Origin: Candidatus Moranbacteria bacterium RIFOXYB1_FULL_43_19
GTDB lineage: Bacteria > Patescibacteriota > Minisyncoccia > Moranbacterales > UBA11712
DNA length: 64,000 nt
Assembly: GCA_001784875.1 (NCBI GenBank)
Contig: MFSH01000002.1
Location: forward strand, 1,220-65,219
Reading direction: 5' to 3'
Positions 19,501 to 27,295 of the stretch are shown piece after piece. The translations under genes were made by a program, and so were the position numbers. The notes under the pieces are model-generated. The model was given only the letters and a program-made list of their open reading frames with translations. It was not told where the DNA came from and made no database searches. Numbering within the stretch: the first letter of the stretch is position 1; each line of letters begins with the position of its first letter.

Positions 19501-20236
19501 GAATAGAAAAAGCGGATATCGAACGACTACCTAATGTAATTTTCCCATTACTATTAACAATCTTTTCTAATGCTACAAATTGTTCCTCTCTCTTTATTTT
19601 TAGATTAAAATAATCACTACTTGTTTGGATTTCTTCTTTAAATTTTTCTATTTCTTCAACAATATTATTTCTACTATATGTCGCTCCACTTGCTGATCCT
19701 TTATAAATTTTTTGAATCAAAATATTATCAACAAATCTTTTGATATCCTCCGGTGGAAGCCAAAAATTGATTAGTTCTGCAAATAGAGAATAAATTACAT
19801 TCTCGTTAAAAGCTGCTGGAACTACCCAAAACTGAACTTTTGGCAGAAGAGATAATAATTGAGCTGAATAACCCTTTTTAACAAATTTGTTTTGAAGTTG
19901 TTTAAAATACTTAACATTATGAACATCGGAGATTAAGTCAGTATTCGCTTTACTGCATATAATAAGTACTTCATCTTTGTCGCCTAGTGATCCTTTTTTT
20001 ATAATATTTTCCAATATCTCCTTTAATTGTGGGTAGCTAAACTTTTCTTTTCTATCTTTTGATTCACAAATAATCTTTTTTCCATCATCGAAAACAATAT
20101 TGAAGTCCTCAAAATTTGCTGCTTCGAGCTGAATAGATAAAAATTTTGGATCACGGAGATACTGAAAGAACAAAGACATCGCAGCCCATGCCTGTGAATT
20201 TATTCCCTTATAATTATATTGTCCGGCTTTGCTCAT
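16574..20236 (-). CDS. Large (1220 aa) hypothetical protein with an N-terminal PD-(D/E)xK-like motif and a long alpha-helical-repeat body
   Basis: The N-terminus carries FEDFNIVFDDGKKIICESKD (a D...E-x-K pattern). I find no Walker A motif. The gene is very AT-rich. A 4-nt overlap with the downstream PIN gene suggests translational coupling. Confidence 0.5.
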   Translation of the reverse strand: MSKAGQYNYKGINSQAWAAMSLFFQYLRDPKFLSIQLEAANFEDFNIVFDDGKKIICESKDRKEKFSYPQLKEILENIIKKGSLGDKDEVLIICSKANTDLISDVHNVKYFKQLQNKFVKKGYSAQLLSLLPKVQFWVVPAAFNENVIYSLFAELINFWLPPEDIKRFVDNILIQKIYKGSASGATYSRNNIVEEIEKFKEEIQTSSDYFNLKIKREEQFVALEKIVNSNGKITLGSRSISAFSIRWDLMSFAMDRLKTRTELDLKKWDKLWQLNKVYHFTFGIFDVFENNLQTEKNIKYVLGYIKKYTKTSRSFYRSDFFDVDVIKILTKIIDSKNGKKYLDDAFIIVKDLLTFDGQQFFYIKDNDFDHGKWEKEQICKLLHKIYNIGDPNIEEKTFRLIINVFNIIEDDSEFSHYSPKEVFDILIDWINKLTKGKDFLNRFEGLVKEVVNQYDKFYKTYSKNISFDGWEHSGGGISFSGSHHVYDRHFVNVFTNAIDKYYTKNENDCWNFIKERCLSKTDKKAKNKVITKPVSKQRPDFLNRSVYHIVLKRYASADKKTSGEAFEILKELILSRRGIPHKSDLIYQAVVGSDLIDDKKWRLVELTTKKYGVPVNPFVEQIITNLAKNGHAKAKAELKKWFASPDYYKHRLLEIDSVLSIRAFLDVDSDFSVELFKSFLKSEYVQSEKGDAFGAYDVAGLLHDILNKDYSKGLEILRDLEGEKRLNKSQQIIFAYSLFNNRGNDKATDLTFLNKIYKDALDPYLKSTGNDIKKIYQRFYDDSCRSAFVQFAVRLAAHKQIDKAIRIIKVFINDPDPYLSGEDPNDKEDKYNEHKKIEQGEEPSTITSVRGWCGWTLMKCPILEGRSQLNEIIKLVKKLSEDKNYYVIHMACFALGQLARNRLTVLPSDRNTLFFDDNKEKALKMSKKVEKIAFDLLDRLVSWPVNVQKAMTKSILHAFDPIRSLNEADSWKLVTNLRKLPIEAIDEAASLFIYLAEFRKDAYIKWRFSLPGLYDDLGPGKFNDKKFKKAIKEIIKDMQKQDPDSCFKFAASVEHLMREIAVKENKVDEYEKLALEYLDFMTDKYAHNIYNLIYQTIEKKLQEKDAKHINNWYNLLLKCFKNEAIFYEQTKKSGKLSEVRWYPTLYHSRILELISEKMGKDKFMEVAKIFFSFPNEIDLHESDAIVSVIRELSKSDKDAKKIIKNLFNRNPSKYWDLNKK

Positions 20237-20238
20237 TG

Positions 20239-21333
20239 TTATTTAAATTCAAAATAAAAATGTATAGCGTTGTTTGATTCAAAATCCAATGCAGCCAACT
20301 CTTTAATCGGTAAACTAGCTAGTAATAAATTATCGGATGGACATAAAAAAGATACAATTCCTTGCGGATGGGAGAGGCAAAAATCTTTTATAATGTTAAA
20401 TAAACATTGCATATCGGTGTTTATTTTAAACAATTCAATCAAACTAGCTTTCTTCCTATCAATTATTTTCCGATATTCATTAATATCAAAAATCTTTTTT
20501 TCTGCGATTGTCACTTTTCTCACTGTCTCAACTTCCGGGTTTAGTTTTATTTTCAAATCATCGTTTTTTACCGAAGCATCAATGTATGGATAAGCGTTTA
20601 TCGAAAGTGCACTTAGATCATTGGCATAAAAAATAAATTGATGGGAATTCGTGCTAAAACTAAATTGGGGCGGATTAGATGGATCATCAGAAGAAATTTT
20701 TTCTATTTTTATATGCAACACATCATCTACTAATAAGCTATGCTTTGCATCCCTTTCCCTTATATAGGAACGTTTATGTAAATAGCCATCAACCGACTCT
20801 TTTTCTAATTCATTCTCAATTTTCAATACTATTTCCCCGTGCTTACTCTTATCTACTGAGGATGCATTTGGAAAAATATCATCTGCATCAGAAATATTTA
20901 AATGGGGAATTTTGTCCTTCAAAAAATCGAAATCCCATAACACAATCTTAAATGGAAACTTATTAATAACATTCAAACTTGTTAATCTCTCAAAAAAAAC
21001 CGTGTTACTTTTATATCTCTTATGCGGAATAAAAATGCAGAAAACATCAGGATAATAGCTATTCCCCATAGACATTATCTCTAAAATCTTATCACTAAAA
21101 TCGGAAAACTCTATTTCGGATATATTCCTATAATCTTTGTTATGCTTTAGCCGATTATAATCTTTACATTCAAACTTCCAGAGATACTCTTTCCCTTTTA
21201 TTTTAAAATTAGCATATGCATCATATCCGTTCTGTAAACCTGAACGATTAGGCCAATAAAGAGAAGTGAAGATATTTCTCATTATGTTTGCCAAATTTTT
21301 TTCTAATTGTTGGCCACTACTCATATCTTGCAT
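20239..21333 (-). CDS. Hypothetical protein with an N-terminal PD-(D/E)xK-like (restriction-endonuclease-like) motif
   Basis: 364 aa. The N-terminus GYDAYANFKIKGKEYLWKFECKDY is paralogous in pattern to the start of the 1220-aa protein. It is the first gene of the operon. Confidence 0.45.
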   Translation of the reverse strand: MQDMSSGQQLEKNLANIMRNIFTSLYWPNRSGLQNGYDAYANFKIKGKEYLWKFECKDYNRLKHNKDYRNISEIEFSDFSDKILEIMSMGNSYYPDVFCIFIPHKRYKSNTVFFERLTSLNVINKFPFKIVLWDFDFLKDKIPHLNISDADDIFPNASSVDKSKHGEIVLKIENELEKESVDGYLHKRSYIRERDAKHSLLVDDVLHIKIEKISSDDPSNPPQFSFSTNSHQFIFYANDLSALSINAYPYIDASVKNDDLKIKLNPEVETVRKVTIAEKKIFDINEYRKIIDRKKASLIELFKINTDMQCLFNIIKDFCLSHPQGIVSFLCPSDNLLLASLPIKELAALDFESNNAIHFYFEFK

Positions 21334-21407
21334 GTTTTGTTAAAAATTAGATATGATAGCCTTTTAGCTACTATTAGTTTATAACTTAAAAAACTAGAAG
21401 TAAAATA

Positions 21408-21436
21408 TTGCGTTAAGTTAAAAAATCTGCTATAAT
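21408..21436 (+). promoter_or_regulatory. Sigma70-like promoter (TTGCGT-17-TATAAT) in the divergent intergenic region
   Basis: Near-consensus -35/-10 hexamers with a 17-nt spacer. It points toward the ParB-MTase gene. A GGCAC-AATAA-GTGCC hairpin followed by a T-run lies at 21599-21623. Confidence 0.4.
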
Positions 21437-21705
21437 ACATACAGTTCTTTCAATTATGCACAATTTAATCAGACCGCTAATCTCGATTCGAAGAGGCTAA
21501 GCGGATGGAGAAAATATCCTTTTGAACCTTTTGCTATCTTTTTTCACAAGAAGCTTGTTTCATGGGATATGTAAAAAACTAAGTTATTAATGGAGTACGG
21601 CACAATAAGTGCCCCGAGTTTTTTACGTATCTTATAGAATAAGCTTCTTTTTGTATAAGAAAACGGAAAAACTCAAAGTTCAAGCTAATTATTAACACGA
21701 AAACT

Positions 21706-23028
21706 ATGGACTCTGAGTTATCAACGAAAAATAGCGATTCTTTAAAAGTGCCTTTAATTTGGCACACTGAGAAAAAAAGGGTTAGTGATCTCCTTCCTTA
21801 TGAACGTAATCCTCGCACTATCAGCGAGAAGCAGCTCAACGATCTGCGGCGCAGTTTTGAGAGATTTAATCTTGTGGAGATCCCGGCAATCGACACGGAC
21901 GGAAAAATTGTGGCCGGACATCAGCGCATCAAAGTTATGCAGATTCTTGGCCGTGGCCAGGAAGAAATCGACGTTCGCGTGCCTAATCGGAAACTCACCA
22001 AGGAGGAGTATGAGCAGTATCTTCTAACAAGCAACGCAACAGGCGGCGAATGGGATCTTGAAATTTTGAAAGACTTCGACGTTGAGGTGCTTTTGGACGT
22101 AGGATTTGATGACAGCGATATCGCGAATATTTGGGACGATTCTCTGGAGGTCGAGGATGACGAATTTGACGTACAAAAGACACTGAAGGAGATAAAGGTA
22201 CCAATGACTAAGCCCGGAGACCTTTACCAGCTAGGAGCACATTTGCTGCTTTGCGCCGACGCGACCGATGCAACAGTTATCGCACGACTCACCGATAAAC
22301 AAGAAGTTGTGATGATATATTGCGATCCGCCTTACAATATTTCTCTTGATTATGATAAAGGCATCGGGACGGCGGGAAAATACGGAGGCATTCGGACGAA
22401 CGACAAAAAGTCCTCTGGGGAATACAGAGAATTTCTCAAGCGGACGATTATGAATGCTCTAAGTATTTCCAAGATTGACGCTCACATCTTCTATTGGTGT
22501 GATGAAAGTTATATCGGAATGCTTCAGGATATTTATCGTGAGATTGGAATCAATCAGAGGCGTGTGTGTTTGTGGATAAAAAATAATGCTAATCTGACCC
22601 CGCAAGTGGCTTTCAATAAAGTTTACGAAAGCTGCATTTACGGGACTATTGGTAAACCGGGCCTTTTTTCCCAGAAGAACCTCAATGAAGTTCTCAACAA
22701 AGAAATCGGGACGGGAAACAGTGTTTTGGATGATATTTTGGATATCATCGACATTTGGATGGCTAAAAGGTTACCTACGCAAAACTACGAACATCCTACG
22801 GAAAAGCCCCTTACCCTGCATGAAAAACCGCTTCGGCGATGCACTCAAACAGGAGACATTGTTCTTGATCTGTTTGGTGGATCTGGATCCACTCTTATCG
22901 CCTGTGAGCAGATGAAACGCAAATGCCTCACAGTCGAATGGGAACCCGTATTTTGCGACCTCATCGTAAAAAGATTCGAAGCGGCAACGGGAGAAAAAGC
23001 CAAGCTCATAACCACACAACCGCAATGA
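21706..23028 (+). CDS. ParB-like nuclease domain fused to a DNA methyltransferase (DPPY-type N6A/N4C MTase)
   Basis: The N-terminus has ERNPRTISEKQLNDL...AGHQRIKV (ParB/Srx fold). The C-terminus has IYCDPPYN and the SAM-binding FGGSGST. Confidence 0.8.
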   Translation: MDSELSTKNSDSLKVPLIWHTEKKRVSDLLPYERNPRTISEKQLNDLRRSFERFNLVEIPAIDTDGKIVAGHQRIKVMQILGRGQEEIDVRVPNRKLTKEEYEQYLLTSNATGGEWDLEILKDFDVEVLLDVGFDDSDIANIWDDSLEVEDDEFDVQKTLKEIKVPMTKPGDLYQLGAHLLLCADATDATVIARLTDKQEVVMIYCDPPYNISLDYDKGIGTAGKYGGIRTNDKKSSGEYREFLKRTIMNALSISKIDAHIFYWCDESYIGMLQDIYREIGINQRRVCLWIKNNANLTPQVAFNKVYESCIYGTIGKPGLFSQKNLNEVLNKEIGTGNSVLDDILDIIDIWMAKRLPTQNYEHPTEKPLTLHEKPLRRCTQTGDIVLDLFGGSGSTLIACEQMKRKCLTVEWEPVFCDLIVKRFEAATGEKAKLITTQPQ

Positions 23029-23780
23029 GCGTCGAAATACGAACAGGGAATCTTTTTCGGCTCGGCGATCATCGCCTTATTGCCGGCGATGCCAGAAATC
23101 CGGAAGCAATCGCCAAATTAGTTGGCGAAGAAAAGGTGGCACAAATTCTGACGGATCCGCCTTACGGTGTAGCGGTCGTTGAAAGTAAAACGGGATTTTC
23201 TCAAGCGAAAGGAAAACACAGAGTAATTGCCAACGATCATCTTCAGAGCGAAGAAGAATATCGGACATTCTGTCAGGAATGGCTGACAGCCGCAAAGCCG
23301 TATCTTACGGAAAAGAACTCAGCTTACATCTTCAACTCGGACCGCATGATCTTTTCTCTGCACGATGCTATACGACAAAGTGGTTTTCATTTTTCGCAGC
23401 TGCTTGTCTGGGTAAAAACCCAGGCAGTGATCGGTCGGATGGATTATCTCTCGCAACATGAATTGATAGCCTATGGCTGGCTCGGAAGAAGAAAATTTCG
23501 TCACTCAAAAAACAAAAGCGTCATCGTGCATCCAAAGACCGCTAAAAACACCCTTCATCCGACCATGAAACCCGTTGGTCTTCTTCGAAAGTTAATTCTG
23601 AACGGCACCGAACTGCACGATATTGTTTATGACCCTTTTGCTGGATCCGGATCAACGTTGATCGCAGCAGAGCAAACCAAAAGAAAATGCTTTGCAGTCG
23701 AATGCGATTTGGAGTACTGCCGCAAAATCATCAAACGCTGGGAAAAACTCACCGGGTTACGCGCGCAGAAATTGACATAA
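23025..23780 (+). CDS. DNA methyltransferase (DPPY-type N6A/N4C), translationally coupled to the upstream MTase
   Basis: It starts MSVEIRTGN at an ATGA overlap with the upstream stop. It contains LTDPPYG and FAGSGST. The longer ORF-track start at 22923 lies inside the previous gene. Confidence 0.75.
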   Translation: MSVEIRTGNLFRLGDHRLIAGDARNPEAIAKLVGEEKVAQILTDPPYGVAVVESKTGFSQAKGKHRVIANDHLQSEEEYRTFCQEWLTAAKPYLTEKNSAYIFNSDRMIFSLHDAIRQSGFHFSQLLVWVKTQAVIGRMDYLSQHELIAYGWLGRRKFRHSKNKSVIVHPKTAKNTLHPTMKPVGLLRKLILNGTELHDIVYDPFAGSGSTLIAAEQTKRKCFAVECDLEYCRKIIKRWEKLTGLRAQKLT

Positions 23781-23790
23781 CTTCACCACT

Positions 23791-24315
23791 ATGAAGAAGC
23801 CAGCCAAAAAAGTGAGTAAGAAAGTGTCGAAAGCGATAGAGGCGCGTCAGAAGATGCAAAAAGAGGAATTAATTGAACAGTTTCTAAAAGTGGGAATTGT
23901 TCAAATTGCCTGTGAAAAGTTGGGCATTCCGCGAGCTAATTATTATCGATGGATAGAAGAAGATGAAGGTTTCGCTCAAGGCGCTCGAATTGCGCTTAGG
24001 CTGGGCAGAGAACCAATAAATGATCTAGCCGAAGCAAAAATAATTCAGGGTATCAAAGAAGGGAAAAGATGGGCAATTGAATTTTGGCTGAAACACAATC
24101 ACGATAGATACCGCTATAAACCGGAAACTTTAAGGGAAATAGAACAGAATGCCGAGAACGAAAAAGATCGATGGAAAATTGGGATGATAGTTGAAGAAGT
24201 TCGCAAGAAATTTGGAGACTTGAAAATGCCTTGGCAAACAAATCCCAAGACCGGATTCAGTGATGATTACAATATTGCGAAGAACATACAGAAGGAAAAT
24301 TCTGTTGAGGATTGA
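23791..24315 (+). CDS. HTH DNA-binding protein (phage terminase-small-subunit/transposase-like HTH)
   Basis: 174 aa. IACEKLGIPRANYYRWIEEDEGF is a helix-turn-helix. Confidence 0.45.
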   Translation: MKKPAKKVSKKVSKAIEARQKMQKEELIEQFLKVGIVQIACEKLGIPRANYYRWIEEDEGFAQGARIALRLGREPINDLAEAKIIQGIKEGKRWAIEFWLKHNHDRYRYKPETLREIEQNAENEKDRWKIGMIVEEVRKKFGDLKMPWQTNPKTGFSDDYNIAKNIQKENSVED

Positions 24316-24480
24316 TTATAAATATTCCCGAGTGTAGCTTGAAAATATTTATTCTTTTCTATTCTTTTTTGGCCCATACAAAGAGATTAAAATCTCGAAA
24401 AATGCACAAAGCAAAGCCTTTTTCAAAGCTTTTCAGGGTCTGGACAAGAGTTCGGGTCTGCGTCATTCATTGGTGTAGGT

Positions 24481-25875
24481 ATGAATAAAGCAACTATCCA
24501 ACAAAAAATCGACAATCAGCAGCAGGTTCAAATTGAGGAACCGCCGAAGGTCAAATACTGCCTCTACGCCAGAAAATCAACCGAGTCAGAAGAACGGCAG
24601 GTGCTTTCTATTGATTCCCAGGTAAAAGAAATGCTTCAAATCGCGGAGCGGGACGGGTTGGAAATTGTCGAGATTCGGCGGGAAAGCCATTCAGCCAAAG
24701 ATTCCGCCCAAAGACCGGTATTCAACGAACTGATTGAGGATATCAAAAAAGAAAGGTTTAACGGTATTCTCACCTGGGCGCCGGATCGGCTGAGCCGAAA
24801 CGCCGGAGATTTGGGATCACTAGTCGACCTCATGGACCAAAAACTGCTGATCGAGATCCGGACATTTGGACAACAATTCAAGAACTCACCGAATGAGAAA
24901 TTTCTTCTTATGATTTTGGGATCGCAGGCGAAACTCGAGAATGATAACCGAGGCATCAATGTGAAGCGCGGACTACGCACTCGATGCGAAATGGGACTTT
25001 GGCCGACCATTGCCCCAACCGGATATCTCAATGAAAGAACCTCGGAGCGAAGCTGTCGAGTGATCATTGATCCGCAAAGAGGATCGGTAATCAAGAAGAT
25101 GTTTGAGAAGATGGCCTATGAAAAATGGAGCGGCAGGAAAATATACCACTGGCTCAAGTTCGAGCTCAATTTTAAAAGCAAAGGTAACAAAAATCTCTCG
25201 CTCGGGAATATTTATCGACTGTTGCAAATGTCTTTTTACTACGGACCGTTTGAATTTCCCCGAAACTCTGGCAATTGGTATCAGGGGAAGCATGAGCCGT
25301 TGATTACTAAAGAATTATTTGATCTCGTGCAGGAACAATTGAAACGTGACCGGATAGTTCTCGAAAGCCGGGAGTTCGCGTTTACGAAAATAATGACCTG
25401 CGGATTATGTGGATCGGGTATCACGGCACAGGAGAAATACAAGAAACTCAAAAACGGTAGCGTCAACAAATATATCTACTATGGTTGCACAAGATCGAGA
25501 GATAAATACTGCAAATGCGGATATATGCGGGAAGAAGAAATAATCTCGCAGCTGATACGAATTATCGATAAAATTGATATTCACGAAATTGGTATCAAAA
25601 AACAATTCCAGGAAGAAGTGGAAAGATTCAACCGCTTCCAGAGAATAGTTCTCCGTATGAACGGCAAGGAAAACGAAATCGACAAACTGCAAGAATTCGA
25701 TATGAAAATGTATGCTAAATATCTCCTCAAGGATGGGAGCATCACCGAGCAGAGAGAGCTCATTGCGACGATGAAAAGTAGATTGATTATCAAGAACCGG
25801 AAGGTGAGCCTGGAGCCGGAAAAAGTTGATGAAAAAGCAGAAAAGCGGTATATTGAAATTAACAATAATGCCTAA
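24481..25875 (+). CDS. Large serine recombinase (resolvase catalytic domain + recombinase domain + zinc ribbon)
   Basis: 464 aa. The N-terminal YCLYARKSTESEE...SIDSQ carries the catalytic Ser. The sequence RLSRNAGDL is present. The C-terminal zinc-ribbon cysteines are CGLCGS...YYGCTRSRDKYCKCG. Confidence 0.85.
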   Translation: MNKATIQQKIDNQQQVQIEEPPKVKYCLYARKSTESEERQVLSIDSQVKEMLQIAERDGLEIVEIRRESHSAKDSAQRPVFNELIEDIKKERFNGILTWAPDRLSRNAGDLGSLVDLMDQKLLIEIRTFGQQFKNSPNEKFLLMILGSQAKLENDNRGINVKRGLRTRCEMGLWPTIAPTGYLNERTSERSCRVIIDPQRGSVIKKMFEKMAYEKWSGRKIYHWLKFELNFKSKGNKNLSLGNIYRLLQMSFYYGPFEFPRNSGNWYQGKHEPLITKELFDLVQEQLKRDRIVLESREFAFTKIMTCGLCGSGITAQEKYKKLKNGSVNKYIYYGCTRSRDKYCKCGYMREEEIISQLIRIIDKIDIHEIGIKKQFQEEVERFNRFQRIVLRMNGKENEIDKLQEFDMKMYAKYLLKDGSITEQRELIATMKSRLIIKNRKVSLEPEKVDEKAEKRYIEINNNA

Positions 25876-26011
25876 ACTTACGCCTCCGGCGTAAGCATGG
25901 CGCAATATCGAAATCCTACGTGAATAGAGACGGCCTCATGGTCGGCACTTATTCACGTAGGTCGATGTTCCGAAAGGACATCGGGCAGTTCGAAAGGATT
26001 GTCGCTGCACT

Positions 26012-26434
26012 GTGGGGCCTTTTGTGTACCCCGTTGCAGTGAATCTAGATATTTTTATGGAATCTTGCACGGAATTCATCCAAAGAAAAAATAAGCAATT
26101 CAGTCAGGGAAACCTGATAGCTATGAAAGACGTGGGAAGAAAAGGAAAACACTTCTTTAAGAGAGAAGCCTGGACTTTCATGCCCCAAGGAAACATTGAT
26201 AAGAAAGTTTTCATCTTCGAAAGGTTGAGAGCTGTCAAAATCGAAGGTGAAGTTGCCTATCGCAACACAACCACCGAAGATGTCGAATACCGAATCGGAT
26301 ATTACATCGTCGGTCAGATTGGAAGAAAAAAAGACGTGTGGACCTGGGGGCAATTTTGCCCGATGATTCCGAAAGATGATTTTGAAAAATTGATAAACAA
26401 AGCAAGAGAAGACGGAGTAATTCTTAATACATAA
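26012..26434 (+). CDS. Hypothetical protein
   Basis: 140-aa ORF with no recognisable domain. The start is uncertain. Confidence 0.3.
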   Translation: MGPFVYPVAVNLDIFMESCTEFIQRKNKQFSQGNLIAMKDVGRKGKHFFKREAWTFMPQGNIDKKVFIFERLRAVKIEGEVAYRNTTTEDVEYRIGYYIVGQIGRKKDVWTWGQFCPMIPKDDFEKLINKAREDGVILNT

Positions 26435-26451
26435 ACCATAACCATAAAAAA

Positions 26452-27066
26452 ATGGAACAAAAAAGTGAACTAGCGGGACAAACGAAAAAATGTCCCCAAT
26501 GTGGAGAGGAGATTTTAGCCTCCGCCAAAAAGTGCAAACATTGCCAAGCAGATCTGCGCAATTGGTTTGTTAAGCACAAGATAGCCACGGCAATATTAGC
26601 ACTACTGGTTTTGATAGTCATCATAAGTGCCGGCGGGAAGAACGAAGAAGAAAACAAAAACATACCCGCGTCTTCAAATGCTGAATCTAAAAGTACTGCT
26701 CCCTCCAAGAAAACCGTGCCGTTGGTCAACGATCCAACTATCAAACAAATCGGTAGCATTCCTGCTGATTACATCGGCCAATCTTTTGTTCTAAAAGTAA
26801 ATGCAAAAACAGCTGACTATTACAATTATGGATTCGATGACGAGACGAAATATTATGCACTGGAGATATGGGACGATTCGGTGGACGGAGATTTGGACAG
26901 CATTTACGCCTACGTCGACAAAAACGACACCAATAAACAGCTGGTAAATCAACTTCTTGATTCCAGCGTTCAGCTGGAAATCAACGCTTCGATACCGAAA
27001 GCCAAATACGAAAGCGGATCGAACGCTTTTATGAAAATCGATAGCTGGAAGACGCTGGGAAATTGA
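26452..27066 (+). CDS. Membrane-anchored zinc-ribbon protein (hypothetical)
   Basis: The N-terminal CPQCGEEIL...CKHCQ is followed by one transmembrane helix and a Ser/Asn-rich extracellular part. Confidence 0.45.
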   Translation: MEQKSELAGQTKKCPQCGEEILASAKKCKHCQADLRNWFVKHKIATAILALLVLIVIISAGGKNEEENKNIPASSNAESKSTAPSKKTVPLVNDPTIKQIGSIPADYIGQSFVLKVNAKTADYYNYGFDDETKYYALEIWDDSVDGDLDSIYAYVDKNDTNKQLVNQLLDSSVQLEINASIPKAKYESGSNAFMKIDSWKTLGN

Positions 27067-27295
27067 GAAAAAAATACCGCCCGTCAAAAACCAAGTCGGC
27101 CAAGATCATAAAACGGCAAAAAGAAGCTATCGCAGAACAGCTAGCTTCTTTTTTCTTTGAGTTTTGGAAAAGAAGAAATAGGACAAAAAGAAAGTGATAA
27201 ATCTTTAGCAGGTTCAGAATTTCTTGAATAATTACATGCTTAGTGATAACATAAAATTAGCTAAAAAACCTTTATTTATGGCTTGAAAAATAATT

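Noticed and set aside
16574-20236. BREX/DISARM-like assignment for the 1220-aa protein (size similar to BrxC/PglX)
   Set aside because: I could not find a Walker A/B ATPase motif, a methyltransferase motif or a helicase motif. Partner genes (pglZ, brxL, drmA/B) are absent. The architecture does not fit.
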